DNA of 64,000 nucleotides from Octopus sinensis (taxonomy: Eukaryota): the NCBI RefSeq assembly GCF_006345805.1, contig NC_042998.1, forward strand, positions 101,060,001-101,124,000, written 5' to 3'. A program made the translations under genes and the position numbers. This document shows positions 52,619 to 64,000 of the stretch, in pieces. Positions within the stretch are counted from its first letter, which is position 1. The number at the start of each line of letters is the position of its first letter. The notes beneath the pieces were generated by a model. The model had not been told where the DNA came from. It was given only the letters and a program-made list of their open reading frames with translations, and made no database searches.

Positions 52619-54569
52619 AGCAAGCACACACTCACAGTTACACACCCAAATACTGTGTCTCTCTCTCTTCTCACACACGCACATTCATACTTATGTGTAT
52701 ATATTCTGGGCTGTAGAAAAATAAATTAGCTTTAGAGGAAATAATGGGGTTTATTTGTTACTTTTGTTATATTAATGTCTGTTTCGCTAAAGTAATGTAG
52801 TTTCTCTAAGGTAATGTAATCAAAAGAAAGAAAATCGCATTACTAATTAGTTTCAGCTGATGAGTGTTCTAATTAAACTTGATCTATTTCTAATATTTAT
52901 GTAAATGTATTTTCTTTGTGAGATTTTGCTTCAGTTCATATTATATGTTTATGCTGTAAACTTGGCTACTCAATATTATGGGAAATGAGAGTGGATATAA
53001 ATCTCTGAATAAGTTAGTTGTTCAGCCTCGCAATTAAGACGTAAGCTTCTTTAACGATCTTATTAGCGAATTGCAATGTCTGAGTGAGTGTGTGTGTGTT
53101 TGTGTATGTTTGTGAGTGTGTGTGTGTTTGTGTATGTTTGTGAGTGTGTGTGTTTTGTGTGTGTATGCCAGATGAATCGTAATACGATGTGTGTTTCATT
53201 GCATTATTGATTTCTAGCAGAGGCACGTTGTTACATACATTTGGAGAGAGGTTATATTCTATTAGATCGATCTTCGTGATTGGCTTGTACTGTTTTATTA
53301 CTATCCGATAAAAGACAAATTTACTCAAAACGGCAAATTTACCCATTAACGCAAAGCTGTTCCCAAGGGGTAAAACTAATAATTGCAAAGCATTCTGCCT
53401 CTCGATCTACCGATTCTGCAACCCGCCGTCCCATTTCATTGTATTGCGTAATAATGTACATATCTTTGGCATCACGTCCGACAAAATGCTTTGCGATATT
53501 TAGTTACAGTTCTTCATCAGGTGAATTGAAATCCCATCGAAATCGAATTTACCTTTCATCTTTCAAGTGGGACGATAGAATAAAGTTCTGGTCAAGTACA
53601 GATGTTGATATAATCGATTTGTCGTATCAAATAGTTTTGGTCTTGTCTTTGGTTATGAAATCAACGTGATGAATACACATTTATGACCATTATATGTGAC
53701 TTAATTGTTTTCACTCTGAAAAGAGCAACCCTAAGGGTCTAAGGAGATCGAAACGGTTGATGTTGAGTTTAGACATCTTGATGTCTTCCCGATAAATGTG
53801 ATGGGAAAAAAGTAACTTAGAGGGGCAGGGATATAATATGTGTGAGATGTTAAAACATAGATATGTCATGTCAACCTAGGTGGAACCATTGTCCAATGAG
53901 GTAGTTCAAAGCAGCATGTGCTCATTGCAATAATGATGGGATACCTGATAAGGAGACATCAATCAATCAATCTGTCTACTGATCAGTCACTCAATGTGTA
54001 TGCATGAGTGTGCGTCAGTCGGTCTGTCTGTCTATTAGTTTACCTATTTATTTATGTATGCCTGCTTGTCTGTCTTTCTATCTACCAATCTGTCTCTCCG
54101 TACACACACTCATACATACGACCGCGCACGTACTCACACACACACATACATGAGAAGACTAACTTACTTCATACACTAAAGGGAACAGAGCATGAATTAA
54201 GAAGAACACAGCAAGAACTCAATACAATTAAATGTAAAATAAAATTCTTATTTATATATGTTCATGTACATACACAAACACACACACACAAGCAAGACCT
54301 ACTTATTATTTAACAAAAAAGCTACTATTCAATAAAATACTTCATATCACTGCTGAGTTAATCTATTTTTATTGGAAAATGGCCTCAACTCATGAATCAT
54401 CCATTTCAGGTTTCTCTTATACGCTCCTCAGATCCACAATACACACATCCGTAAATGTATATAAAGTGTGCATATATATTCAGTGACTCTTTGTACTACT
54501 GCAACTGGAAAACTGTAACCCTGAACAACCAGTCGTAACCTTACAAAGCCTCTTTGGTAAGGAAGGTGC

Positions 54570-54690
54570 TTTTCGCTGGACACCCCATAGGATAAAAGGA
54601 AAAAAACTCCTGACAAATGGTGGATGAATACAGTAGAATCAAGGCTATCCAAAGCTGGGAGTGACAGATCCCTAGTCTTTGCTTAGACCT
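54570..54690 (+). mobile_element. Possible degenerate RTE 3' fragment
   Basis: RWTP...WWMNTVESRLSKAG resembles the RTE WTPxGxRKRGRPxxTWRRTVExE motif; needs a frameshift. Confidence 0.35.
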
Positions 54691-55684
54691 TTCTCTAAAA
54701 AGAAAACTCTGCCGTAATCCCTTACTTCACATTCAATGATGTACAACAGTTCGTCTTAGTAGTCTAATGCCTACGTTGCTCAGAGAGTGGGATTGACCAT
54801 GTGCAAAGCTTTCTTCACTTTAGGTACAAGCATCGCTTGATTTTGAACATCACTATTATGTATTGCATACTATGGGTTGGCCGTAACCAGAAAAAGGAAA
54901 GCAATCAATGAAAAATGTCATAATCATAATGGTATGAAGACATGGGACAGTGTAGATGACAAGTTCACTGAACAGCTACTGCAAGACGCCCCCATCATTA
55001 GGAAATCCGTACAAAAGAATGTAGTTCACTTGCAAGATTGAAAAGCCACATCTGTGCTGTTCCTGTTTAAGAGAACAATCGATTTCATCTTTATGTATTG
55101 CTTATATAAATATTGTGTGTGTGTGTATGCAAGTGTTAGTACCGAGCAGTAACTGTAATATATGTATGTATGTATGTATGCATACATGTCCTTAACATAT
55201 TGACATATATGCACACACACTTAAAGATACGTAATACGAAAAGGCTACAAAAGCTTTATTTTTTGCCACTAAAAATGCTTTATTCACACACGCACACACA
55301 CAAACGCAGATGCACAAACATTACACATACTGCACGCACACATACATTACACACACACACATACATTACACACACACATACATTACACACACACATACAG
55401 CACACATATACAATGCAATGCAATGGTGTGCCTCAAATAAGATGTTTACTCTGTGGACACCTACGTGTGTGGTTATATGTAATTTATTGCAATGTGACAA
55501 GAGAATGATAAACAAAATGACATGGAAGCAATTTATACAATATATAACGGTCAAATAGAAAAAGTTAGAGATATATAGACAGTGTGGATGTGGTTTTGCG
55601 TGGTTTTTGTGTGATCAGCCTGTTGTAGCTCAGTGTTGTCTTTCGAAGGTCGACACTTGGCAAACATTCCCTTCTTATCGGTTT

Positions 55685-55891
55685 TATCCTTTTACGTTTA
55701 CTGGTTTCAGTCATTAGATTGCGGCCATGCTTGGGCATTGCATTGAAACATTTTTAGTTGAATGAATCGACCTCACTAACTTATTTAATATGCGATATTT
55801 TTGGAAACTGGCATTTATTCTATCGGAATCTTTTGCCGAACCGCTAAGTTACCGGCACATAAACAGAAGAACACTGATTTTCAAGAGGTAG

Positions 55892-55952
<61 letters not shown>

Positions 55953-56100
55953 GCTTTTTTCCGTTTCCGCCTACCAAATTCAACCATAAGGCTTTGTTCA
56001 ACTCGTGGCTATAGTAGAAGACACTTGCCCGCAGTGTCACGCAGTGGGACTGAACCCGGAACCATGTGGTTGGCAAGAAAACTTCTTACCACACAGCCAC
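55685..56100 (-). mobile_element. SINE family B
   Basis: Reverse complement of the family B consensus with an internal (CT)n/(CA)n tract. Confidence 0.87.
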
Positions 56101-58044
56101 ACTTGAGCTTATGTTAAAAAAAGAAAGATGAATTGAATATGGCTCAGTTAGTATCCTTATTTTCTTAGAGCATTCCACTCCAAATATTCCTCGTTTTAGA
56201 TATTCGTGTGAAATAATGTCCCACCCCGTTCACGTCCAGCTTCTGTGGAAATTATTAAGAAGGCGAAAACTTAACGTAATTGTCGATTTTGACACATCAT
56301 CAATCATCATTTACTGTTGATTGATACTAAAACACACTATTCATGTCTCAATACAACCAAAGATTATTTTTGAAAATGTGCTTAAAACAAGTATATTTTT
56401 TCTGATTTATATGTTTATTAGGTAGTGGGTAGCGATTTTCTTCACTATTTCAGGGAGTGACGATCCTACCTGACACGAGTCCCGGGTTCAGCTGGCTCCG
56501 GCTGACAGTACCCGGTATGGGCCCCTATCCAAGGTTACGGAAAGGAGACAACATTCAAAGAAATCCGGAGTGGAGCTCCGTAGGTGGTTTAGTGTTTAAC
56601 TCGACGCTCTTCCGGCAGCTCCTGCAACCCAGCTGGTGCCAAACGTAATGCTCTGCACTCCTTTGCACTACGTCAGCAAGGTCGAGAGAGGAATCCTGGC
56701 GATTGGGCTACCCAGGATTTTCTTACATCTAGTCCAGGTCTGCGCAAAACTAGAGAGGATATGAAATGTAAAAACCAGACTGGATTAGTTTATGCACAAC
56801 TCCATTGTCTCCCGAGACAAAAAGGATGCCAACAACGTGATAAAAATCACGATCCTTTTAAGTATATTGCTGCGTCTTCAGAGCACAGATTTGTCCAAAA
56901 GGGCTTTAAATCTCAGGCGAAGAACTACGACTTTACTGCATTTGTGACAAAATGACACAAACAATGACAAAGCAGTCACAAATATTGACCAGTGTTGCTT
57001 GTAAACCAGTGTAGTTTATTTGTGTGGAGAAACATTCGCACACAAACACATAGAGTCACGCACACACCAGAGCGCGCGTGCACATGTATGTGAGTATTTA
57101 TGCGTGTGTTGATGCGTTTTTGTGTTTCAGTTTGAGTCTCTGTAACAACCGGCGTTGGTTTGATTACGTCTTATTTAATTACCTAAAATGGACCGATAGA
57201 ATAAGTACTATGTATGTATGTATGTATGTATGTATGTATGTATGTATGTATGTATGTATGTATGGATGGATGGATGGATGGATGGATGGATGGATGGATT
57301 TAAGTAATTCAGCAGTACTCATAAAAATGTTCCTTAATGTATCAGTCTTCAAAACATAGAATATATTGTACGATACGAGAGAAAACAAGGAATGTATAAG
57401 GTCATAAATGAAGAGAAATAGTTTGATGAAATTCTATTTAACAATACGAAAATTCTAATATCACGACAGATTGTTTCGTAACTTAAACACATGTAAATAA
57501 TTTATTACTGTTATATTTAATAATAAATAAATTACTTATGTGATTTTATATGTATATGCATGTATGTATGTATGTATGTATGTATGTATGTATGTATGTA
57601 TGTATGTATGTATGGATGGATGTACGTACGTACGTACGTATGTATGTATGTATGTATGCGCGCGCGTGTGTGTTCCTGTGTTTAGAAATAAGAGCTAAAG
57701 CGCCCTGATGATGCAGTCAATGCATGAAGAATAAGGATAAAATCAAGTTTATGTTAATGTTCCCAAGTGCGTTTGTTATCTGCGACTTGTTACATAAAAG
57801 TGTTCCATGAGGATCCGTTGCGGTTGAGCTTCGATATGCATTTAGAACATTTAGCCAAGTGTTGCAAACAACCATAATGGTGAAATGTGCGAAGGAACTT
57901 TAAAACATAAACGTGAGCTTATCCTTATTTTTCGTACATTTGTTCATAACTAGTAATACTACCCAGTTACTTAGTTAACAACTATACAGAAAGCAAACTG
58001 GATTATGAAAATCTATGTGGTGCTCTAAAGGAAACAGTATGCAC

Positions 58045-58315
<271 letters not shown>

Positions 58316-58685
58316 AATATATATATATGTATATGCACACGCACTATTTATATTATATATATATATATACATGCACGTATATGCTCACATATAAATTATC
58401 TTTGACCAATGTATATCAATGAAACATAGACGAACAAATATGTAAAACTGGTGTTTGCAGAGATACCTTTGTCCACTGTCACCATCAGAAGTGTAGTTAA
58501 CCTTTAATTACTCTTTAATTATTATGTCGCTGAAATTATGTTTACCTCATAATTATGAAATTTAATAACAAAGCAAATTGGTTAGACGGTAAAATGAACA
58601 TCATTATCTGTGACGCACGTATTTCTAATTGTAAGCTTTGACTGATTACTCTATTCAATATAGACTGTTATATGAAAATATCTCT

Positions 58686-58926
58686 GTTATTTGCAGTTCT
58701 AATCTTGATTTGTAGCTATTTTAGACTACTAGGTGACTATATAAGCCTACAAGCTACAGAGTTGATTTAATGTGAAGCTATTTTAAACTGTTAGATGATT
58801 TTATAGATCTACAATTTGCAGGATTAATTTTGTTTTTCTGCTTTTTAACCTATTAGGTGATGATATAAGTCTACTATTTCCAGGGATAATCTTAATTTGT
58901 CGCTATTTTAGATGGCTAGGTGATGC
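58686..58926 (+). repeat. Degenerate minisatellite, about 62-bp period, about 4 units
   Basis: The anchor gctatttt/gcttttt recurs at 58715, 58777, 58840 and 58902; taggtga...ataag.ctac is also periodic. Confidence 0.75.
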
Positions 58927-59254
58927 AGAATAAAATGTCTTATCTGAAAACACAATCGAACGCTAGCAAGAATGGATTGAAACTGAAGATTCGAAAGACT
59001 CGAACCTTGATTTCCCAATACTATAGCTAGTTGACCATTTTGCTAAGCACAACAGATATAACATTCTGATGTTATCTATATAAAATTATCTTTGTATATT
59101 GCAAAAAGCGCATATTTTCCAATTAAGATTTACAGGTTTTCATGCATCTACTTATGATATTATTTTCATAAACTCAGACTAATGTTTTGCATAAATTGTG
59201 AAAGCTGAATGTATTGAATTTGTGACAGTAACTTAGTTATTATTAACCATGAAA

Positions 59255-59450
59255 AGGCAGCGAGCTGGCCGAATCGTTCTGATACCGGTCAAAATGCTTA
59301 GCGACATTTTGCTTGTCTTTAAGGTTTGAGTTTAAATGTCATCTAAGTCAACTTTTCCTTTCATTCTTTCGGGGTCAATGAAATAAATACTAGTCAAATA
59401 GTGGGGTCGACTGACTCCTCCTTGTAAATTTCAGCCTTGTGCCTATTTTA
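59255..59450 (+). mobile_element. SINE family A, degenerate
   Basis: ggcagcgagctggccgaatcg...ttcattctttcggggtcaatgaaataaatactag. Confidence 0.7.
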
Positions 59451-59500
59451 GGAAGGATTATTTGCTATGGAATTATCTGAATTAGATTTCTGAAAATATA

Positions 59501-60206
59501 CGAGGGTAAATCAAAAATTATCTGCACTTTAGTCATAGCATATCTTTATTATTGTCACACTGCCTTTTGCGCATGCGCATTTATAGTTGGTACATTTGTG
59601 GTCACGTGATCGAAGTTTGAGCCTGATCGCATCATTCTTCTTCTTTCTGGTGTTACAGTTAAGCATGGCCGCTCCACTAGCAATGTGCACCAAGGAAGAA
59701 CAAATAGCAGTGATCCGATTTCTCTGGAGTAGGGGTGTACGATCAACAGTGCAAGATACAGTGCTTTGCTGGCCAACAAATTGAAGTCAGCAATTTGCAC
59801 CAAACATCGAAGCCAGTTCTCGAAGAAAGCCTGTTGCTTCATGACAATTCACACCCACACACGGGTCGTCTATAAACCATTAATCAACTGAGCTTTGGGG
59901 TGCTGGAACATCCTGCCTACATTCCAGATCTCATCCCTTCCAACTATCATATCTTTGAACCTTTCAAAGTTGGTTTACAAGGTCGTCGATTTCCTACGGA
60001 TAATGTGAAGAAATTAGTGTGTAAATGGTTGCACGACCAACCAAAAACCTTCTTCTTGAAGGGAATACGCAAGCTTGTGGACCGCTTGACCAAGTGCATT
60101 GAAAATGAAGGATACTATATAGAAAAATGGCGTACTTGTTTATCCCCTGCTTTTGTGTAAATACATTGGAAAGGCAAGAGTGCGTATACTTTTTGACTCT
60201 CCATCG
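59501..60206 (+). mobile_element. Internally deleted mariner element
   Basis: TA-flanked imperfect TIRs (cgagggtaaatcaaaaattatctgcact and gtgcgtatactttttgactctccatcg). Remnants MAAPLAMCTKEEQIAVIRFLWSRGV, LLHDNS and HPAYIPDLIPSNYHIF...GRRF...GIRKLVDRLTKCIENEGYYIEK. Confidence 0.88.
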
Positions 60207-60849
60207 TATATAACAAGGAAAAAATATTGACAAAAAAGAGAGAAGATAAAATGAATATAAAATGCACAATATTCTGTCACCATAACCAAAATTCATGCAA
60301 AAAAGAGAACAAATTGAAATAAGCAGACAATAATAATTTCTAAGATGACTAGAAGTCAGCAATATATTCTAAATAATTACAGCGTGGTTTTCACTGAAAG
60401 TTTTATGTTACCCAACCAAAATCAAATCTCATCTCTTTCCTAGTCAAAACATTGTTTATTTTTTATTCCTTCCATCGTTAGTTCCATTAGTTCTTTGTTG
60501 ACCAATAGAAGAACCGTGAATTTCATGTAGTTCTATAGCCAAATGGTATCCTTTCCATGTGAGTAATCATTTTCGCTTAGATTTCCTTTTTCTTTTCTGT
60601 ATCTTCTTTCTTCTTCTCCACACCCGCTGTTCCCGATAATTTACCTGCCAACCTATAATTCTTTCTGCTCATTTCAAGATGATTCAGTGCTGCTGATGGC
60701 TGTAGCCAGAGAAGGAACCACTCAACTTCTTCGTTACTGGCTCCTAGCACTGAAGTGGAGATGATTTCTTTCGCTAAATCTCTGAGCTACAATCCATACA
60801 ACTTAGAAATAACTGTTTCTGGAATTTGTCGATATTGTTGCTGCCTCCG

Positions 60850-61400
60850 TCGTTGTCTAATGCCTTTTTCTTTCCGAGCAGAAAGGCCTTAAAATAGCTC
60901 TTTTTATCACACATGTAACAGTTGAGGTTTCTGCCCTTCACCACAAATCTGATTGCGTCCCTCTTTACAGCAACATTGGGTACAACTCCGGAATAGCTTT
61001 GTTGTCTTCAGGGGCATCAGGTCTTTGCATATTGCGTGTTAATTCGACACTCATCATCTGGTCATACTATGTCACTAAGTTAACGATAAGCTAAGCGTCA
61101 ACATTGGTATTGGTCTACTAATTTCTTTCTCTGGTTGTGACCCTTGTGTTTGCGGTACCAGCTTGTTGGCAGGGGTATGTTGCTTACTAGATCTGCATGT
61201 TCCTCTTCCCATCCTCGATTTCGTTGGTCGGATATACACTTCCTTTTGCTTCACCTAGTTCGAAGGAGTATAAATCATGTTATTCACTACTTAGTGCTTT
61301 TGTACCTTCAATATAGCGGCATATTAGAGTAATCGTAGTTTTTAGAGTCCCTTTCCTCTTTGCACACTCTTGTATGAATTCTTCGAACAAGAAGGTACTC
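60850..61400 (-). mobile_element. Old Tx1-like ORF1 remnant
   Basis: IRFVVKGRNLNCYMCDKKSYFKAF(C) aligns with LYIVVEGRRPRCYLCGSETHLKKTC of the ORF1 at 16260-16335. Confidence 0.5.
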
Positions 61401-61686
61401 CCATTTTTTCATGAAAACGCTCTATGTACAGCGAGTCCCCCTTTACACTGCTAAGAAAACTAACGTTTTAACAGCTGTCTCTTATTTACTAAGAATGAAT
61501 CTGCTAGTTTAATTACAATTTTTCTGTTTGTCTTTCATTTTTATATCTGTTAAATTTTTCGTTAGGGAGCATAAATGTTCGCTATCATCTTTGTGGGAGA
61601 CTCCTTCAACTATTACTTAAATGGATGCTAAGCTTAGAAATATTTTCAAAATTGTCAAGCAGCAAAAAATGTTTGTTCTAGCATAT

Positions 61687-61912
61687 ACTCTTTACTCTTT
61701 TACTTGTTTCAGTCATTTGACTGCGGCCATGCTGGAGCACCGCCTTTAGTCGAGCAAATCGACCCCGGGACTTATCCTTTGTAAGCCCAGTACTTATTCT
61801 ATCGGTCTCTTTTGCCGAACCGCTAAGTGACGGGGACATAAACACACCAGCATCGATTGTCAAACAATGCTAGGGGTACAAACACAGACACACAAACATA
61901 TACACACACACT

Positions 61913-61944
<32 letters not shown>

Positions 61945-62109
61945 TACGACAGGCTTCTTTCAGTTTCCGTCTACCAAATCCACTCACAAGGCATTGGTCG
62001 GCCCGGGGCTATAGTAGAAGGCACTTGCCCAAGATGCCACGCAGTGGGACTGAACCCGGAACCATGTGGTTGGTTAGCAAGCTACTTACCACACAGCCAC
62101 TCCTGCGCC
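61687..62109 (-). mobile_element. SINE family B, full length
   Basis: Closely matches the consensus (reverse complement ggcgcaggagtggctgtgtggtaagtagcttgc...). Confidence 0.92.
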
Positions 62110-62779
62110 TATGTAATCTTTTCCACACCAATCGGACGGAATACAGAAAATAAACATCTCCCCTGTTTATGAAAACCAGTGCCTCTCAAAGTGGGTGATA
62201 CCGAATGAAAGAAAATGACACACGGGTGCTAGGAAGCAAAGGAGGCGACAGATTCATCTGTTTAGTGCTTTCAGTCATTGTCTCCTATTTAAGTATTAAT
62301 TTGAAAGTATATTATTATTATAAACTGTTTGTTAGCCACAATCATTACACAAATGACAATAACACATGAACAACGACAATGTTAACAATAATAGATTCCA
62401 GAACGAGTATAAGTAAAGAAAAAGCGAAATATATACCACCTTGCTCATTATATTTGCTTATAATAGGCTGATGCTTGTTCACGTCAAACTAATAAGCAGG
62501 CTCCTTTAGCTTGATATCATGCGCGTGTGCATTGCAAATAAGTGGAGGGGTGATGACTCGTGGTATGGTGGGGCAATGAAAAAGTGTTAGCAAAAGAAAG
62601 TGGGCAATAGTTAAAAATGTTTAAGAAGTACTAATGCAAGCGTTCAATACAAACATGACGAAGAAAGAAACAAAAAGCTCCCCCACCACAAAAAAAAAAA
62701 GAAACAAAAAACAGCCAAACAAAATCCATCTACATTTGAAGGTAATCTTTGGGGTTTGAATTATTCACGTCTGGAAACA

Positions 62780-63525
62780 TGGGGATTTCATTTATCACCC
62801 TTAAATGACTTATTCAGGGACATTTTGAATGGGATGGGATACTTGGCCCGAAGAAAAAATTCTAATTGGGCCCCACCTGCTAGGTCATGCATTGTTTATT
62901 TTGATATGAGATCACCATGTCGGGCACATATGATTGTAATGCACGTGCTTGGTGCACCCTTATCAGACGAGGTGTCATGAGTTTATCCCGAACTGATAAT
63001 ACTCCTCGGTAGCACTGCAAGGTCAGAGATTTCTGTAAATTATTTTTGTGCTCCGGCTCGAAAGTCCTCCGGAACAGATCTGCCAGTTGATTTTTGTCGC
63101 CGCCCAGATTCTCCCCGAGAACGTCGTGTCGCATCCACCTGCCATTAACCCTCTATGAAACGCCAGAGTGGAACTTCCATCGACTGTATTGACCGACTGA
63201 CAGAGGACTGTGAACACCAGACGAAATTCTAGGAGGCAAGCAACTTGCCTCAGCCTACGCTTGAACCAGTCAAAAAGACAAGTTGCGGAAGAGCGAGTCT
63301 AACAAACGGTGACCGCACCTGCTCACCGTCAAGGAAGCGATCCATTGAACGGTTGTTGACAACAAATGGAACGCCTGATCAGTGAAACGCTCCCCTTTAC
63401 AGAAAATGAAAGAGTATGCACTCCAGTTTGGTCAGACGTAAACTGGGACAAAACAAGACAGCCAGACGGTAATATATGACGGAGGAGATGTCTGCATTTG
63501 CCACCCCTGCTCGACCTTTCAGAGA
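62780..63525 (-). mobile_element. Diverged Tx1-like ORF2 3' fragment, related to copies B and C
   Basis: SLKGRAGV-like start, LIRRSICCQQPFNGSL, DVLGENLGGDKNQLADLFRRTFEP...NNLQKSLTLQCYRGVLSVRDKL align with 19550-20175. Confidence 0.85.
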
Positions 63526-63532
63526 CACTGTA

Positions 63533-63545
63533 CAACAACAACAAG

Positions 63546-63597
<52 letters not shown>

Positions 63598-63610
63598 GCT
63601 ACTGCTGCTG

Positions 63611-63666
<56 letters not shown>
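63533..63666 (+). repeat. (CTA)n/(CAA)n/(CTG)n compound trinucleotide tract
   Basis: Directly visible; abuts the 5' truncation of the minus-strand Tx1-like fragment. Confidence 0.95.
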
Positions 63667-63667
<1 letters not shown>

Positions 63668-64000
63668 TTTGCGAAATCTGTAATATAATTTCTGGTTTGG
63701 TTTGCAACTGTCCGTCCTCTCTCGCGCTCTCTTTCTATATGGATGTATGTATGTACAAAGGCATATTTCTTAGCACGATCTTTAAAGACATTAAGCTACT
63801 ACTTTCAAAAATAATAGATTCTTTTTTTTGCGAACTAAGGGATCTTGTAACAATATTCCTTTTAATTTTTTTTACAAGGCCTACAATTTTCCGGTATGTG
63901 GAGTTTAGCCCTAGAACTTGAACTTACATCGACCCTAGTACTTGAATGGTATTTTATGTTATCATTAGGCTTTGTGTTAACGTTAGTAGAAGTAGCCGAT

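Overview
This is eukaryotic, AT-rich DNA crowded with microsatellites. The SINE families and repeat landscape point to an Octopus species (inference). The only host gene I can support is a tachykinin(-related peptide) receptor, a class A GPCR, on the minus strand. Three coding exons are visible (46180-46386, 24658-24808, 7897-8093), with canonical splice sites and intron phases 2/2/0/2 as in the TACR family; the first and last coding exons were not found and probably lie outside the window. The introns are filled with mobile DNA: (i) a head-to-tail array of three copies of one Tx1/L1-like LINE, each sitting in (CTAT)n or CT-rich tracts, whose longest copy may have an intact ORF2 because its frameshifts all fall in homopolymer or dinucleotide runs; (ii) a near full-length Penelope-like element (RT + GIY-YIG) with a type I hammerhead ribozyme downstream; (iii) three further minimal hammerhead motifs in a dispersed repeat, all on the receptor's sense strand, two of them bracketing exon 24658-24808; (iv) CR1, RTE and HERO-like LINE fragments, Tc1/mariner fossils, many tRNA-derived SINEs, and several long palindromes, one with symmetric GAG/GAG internal loops next to an orphan ORF. 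Most ORFs in the supplied track are translations of microsatellites. All alignments and folds were done by eye, and no database searches were run.
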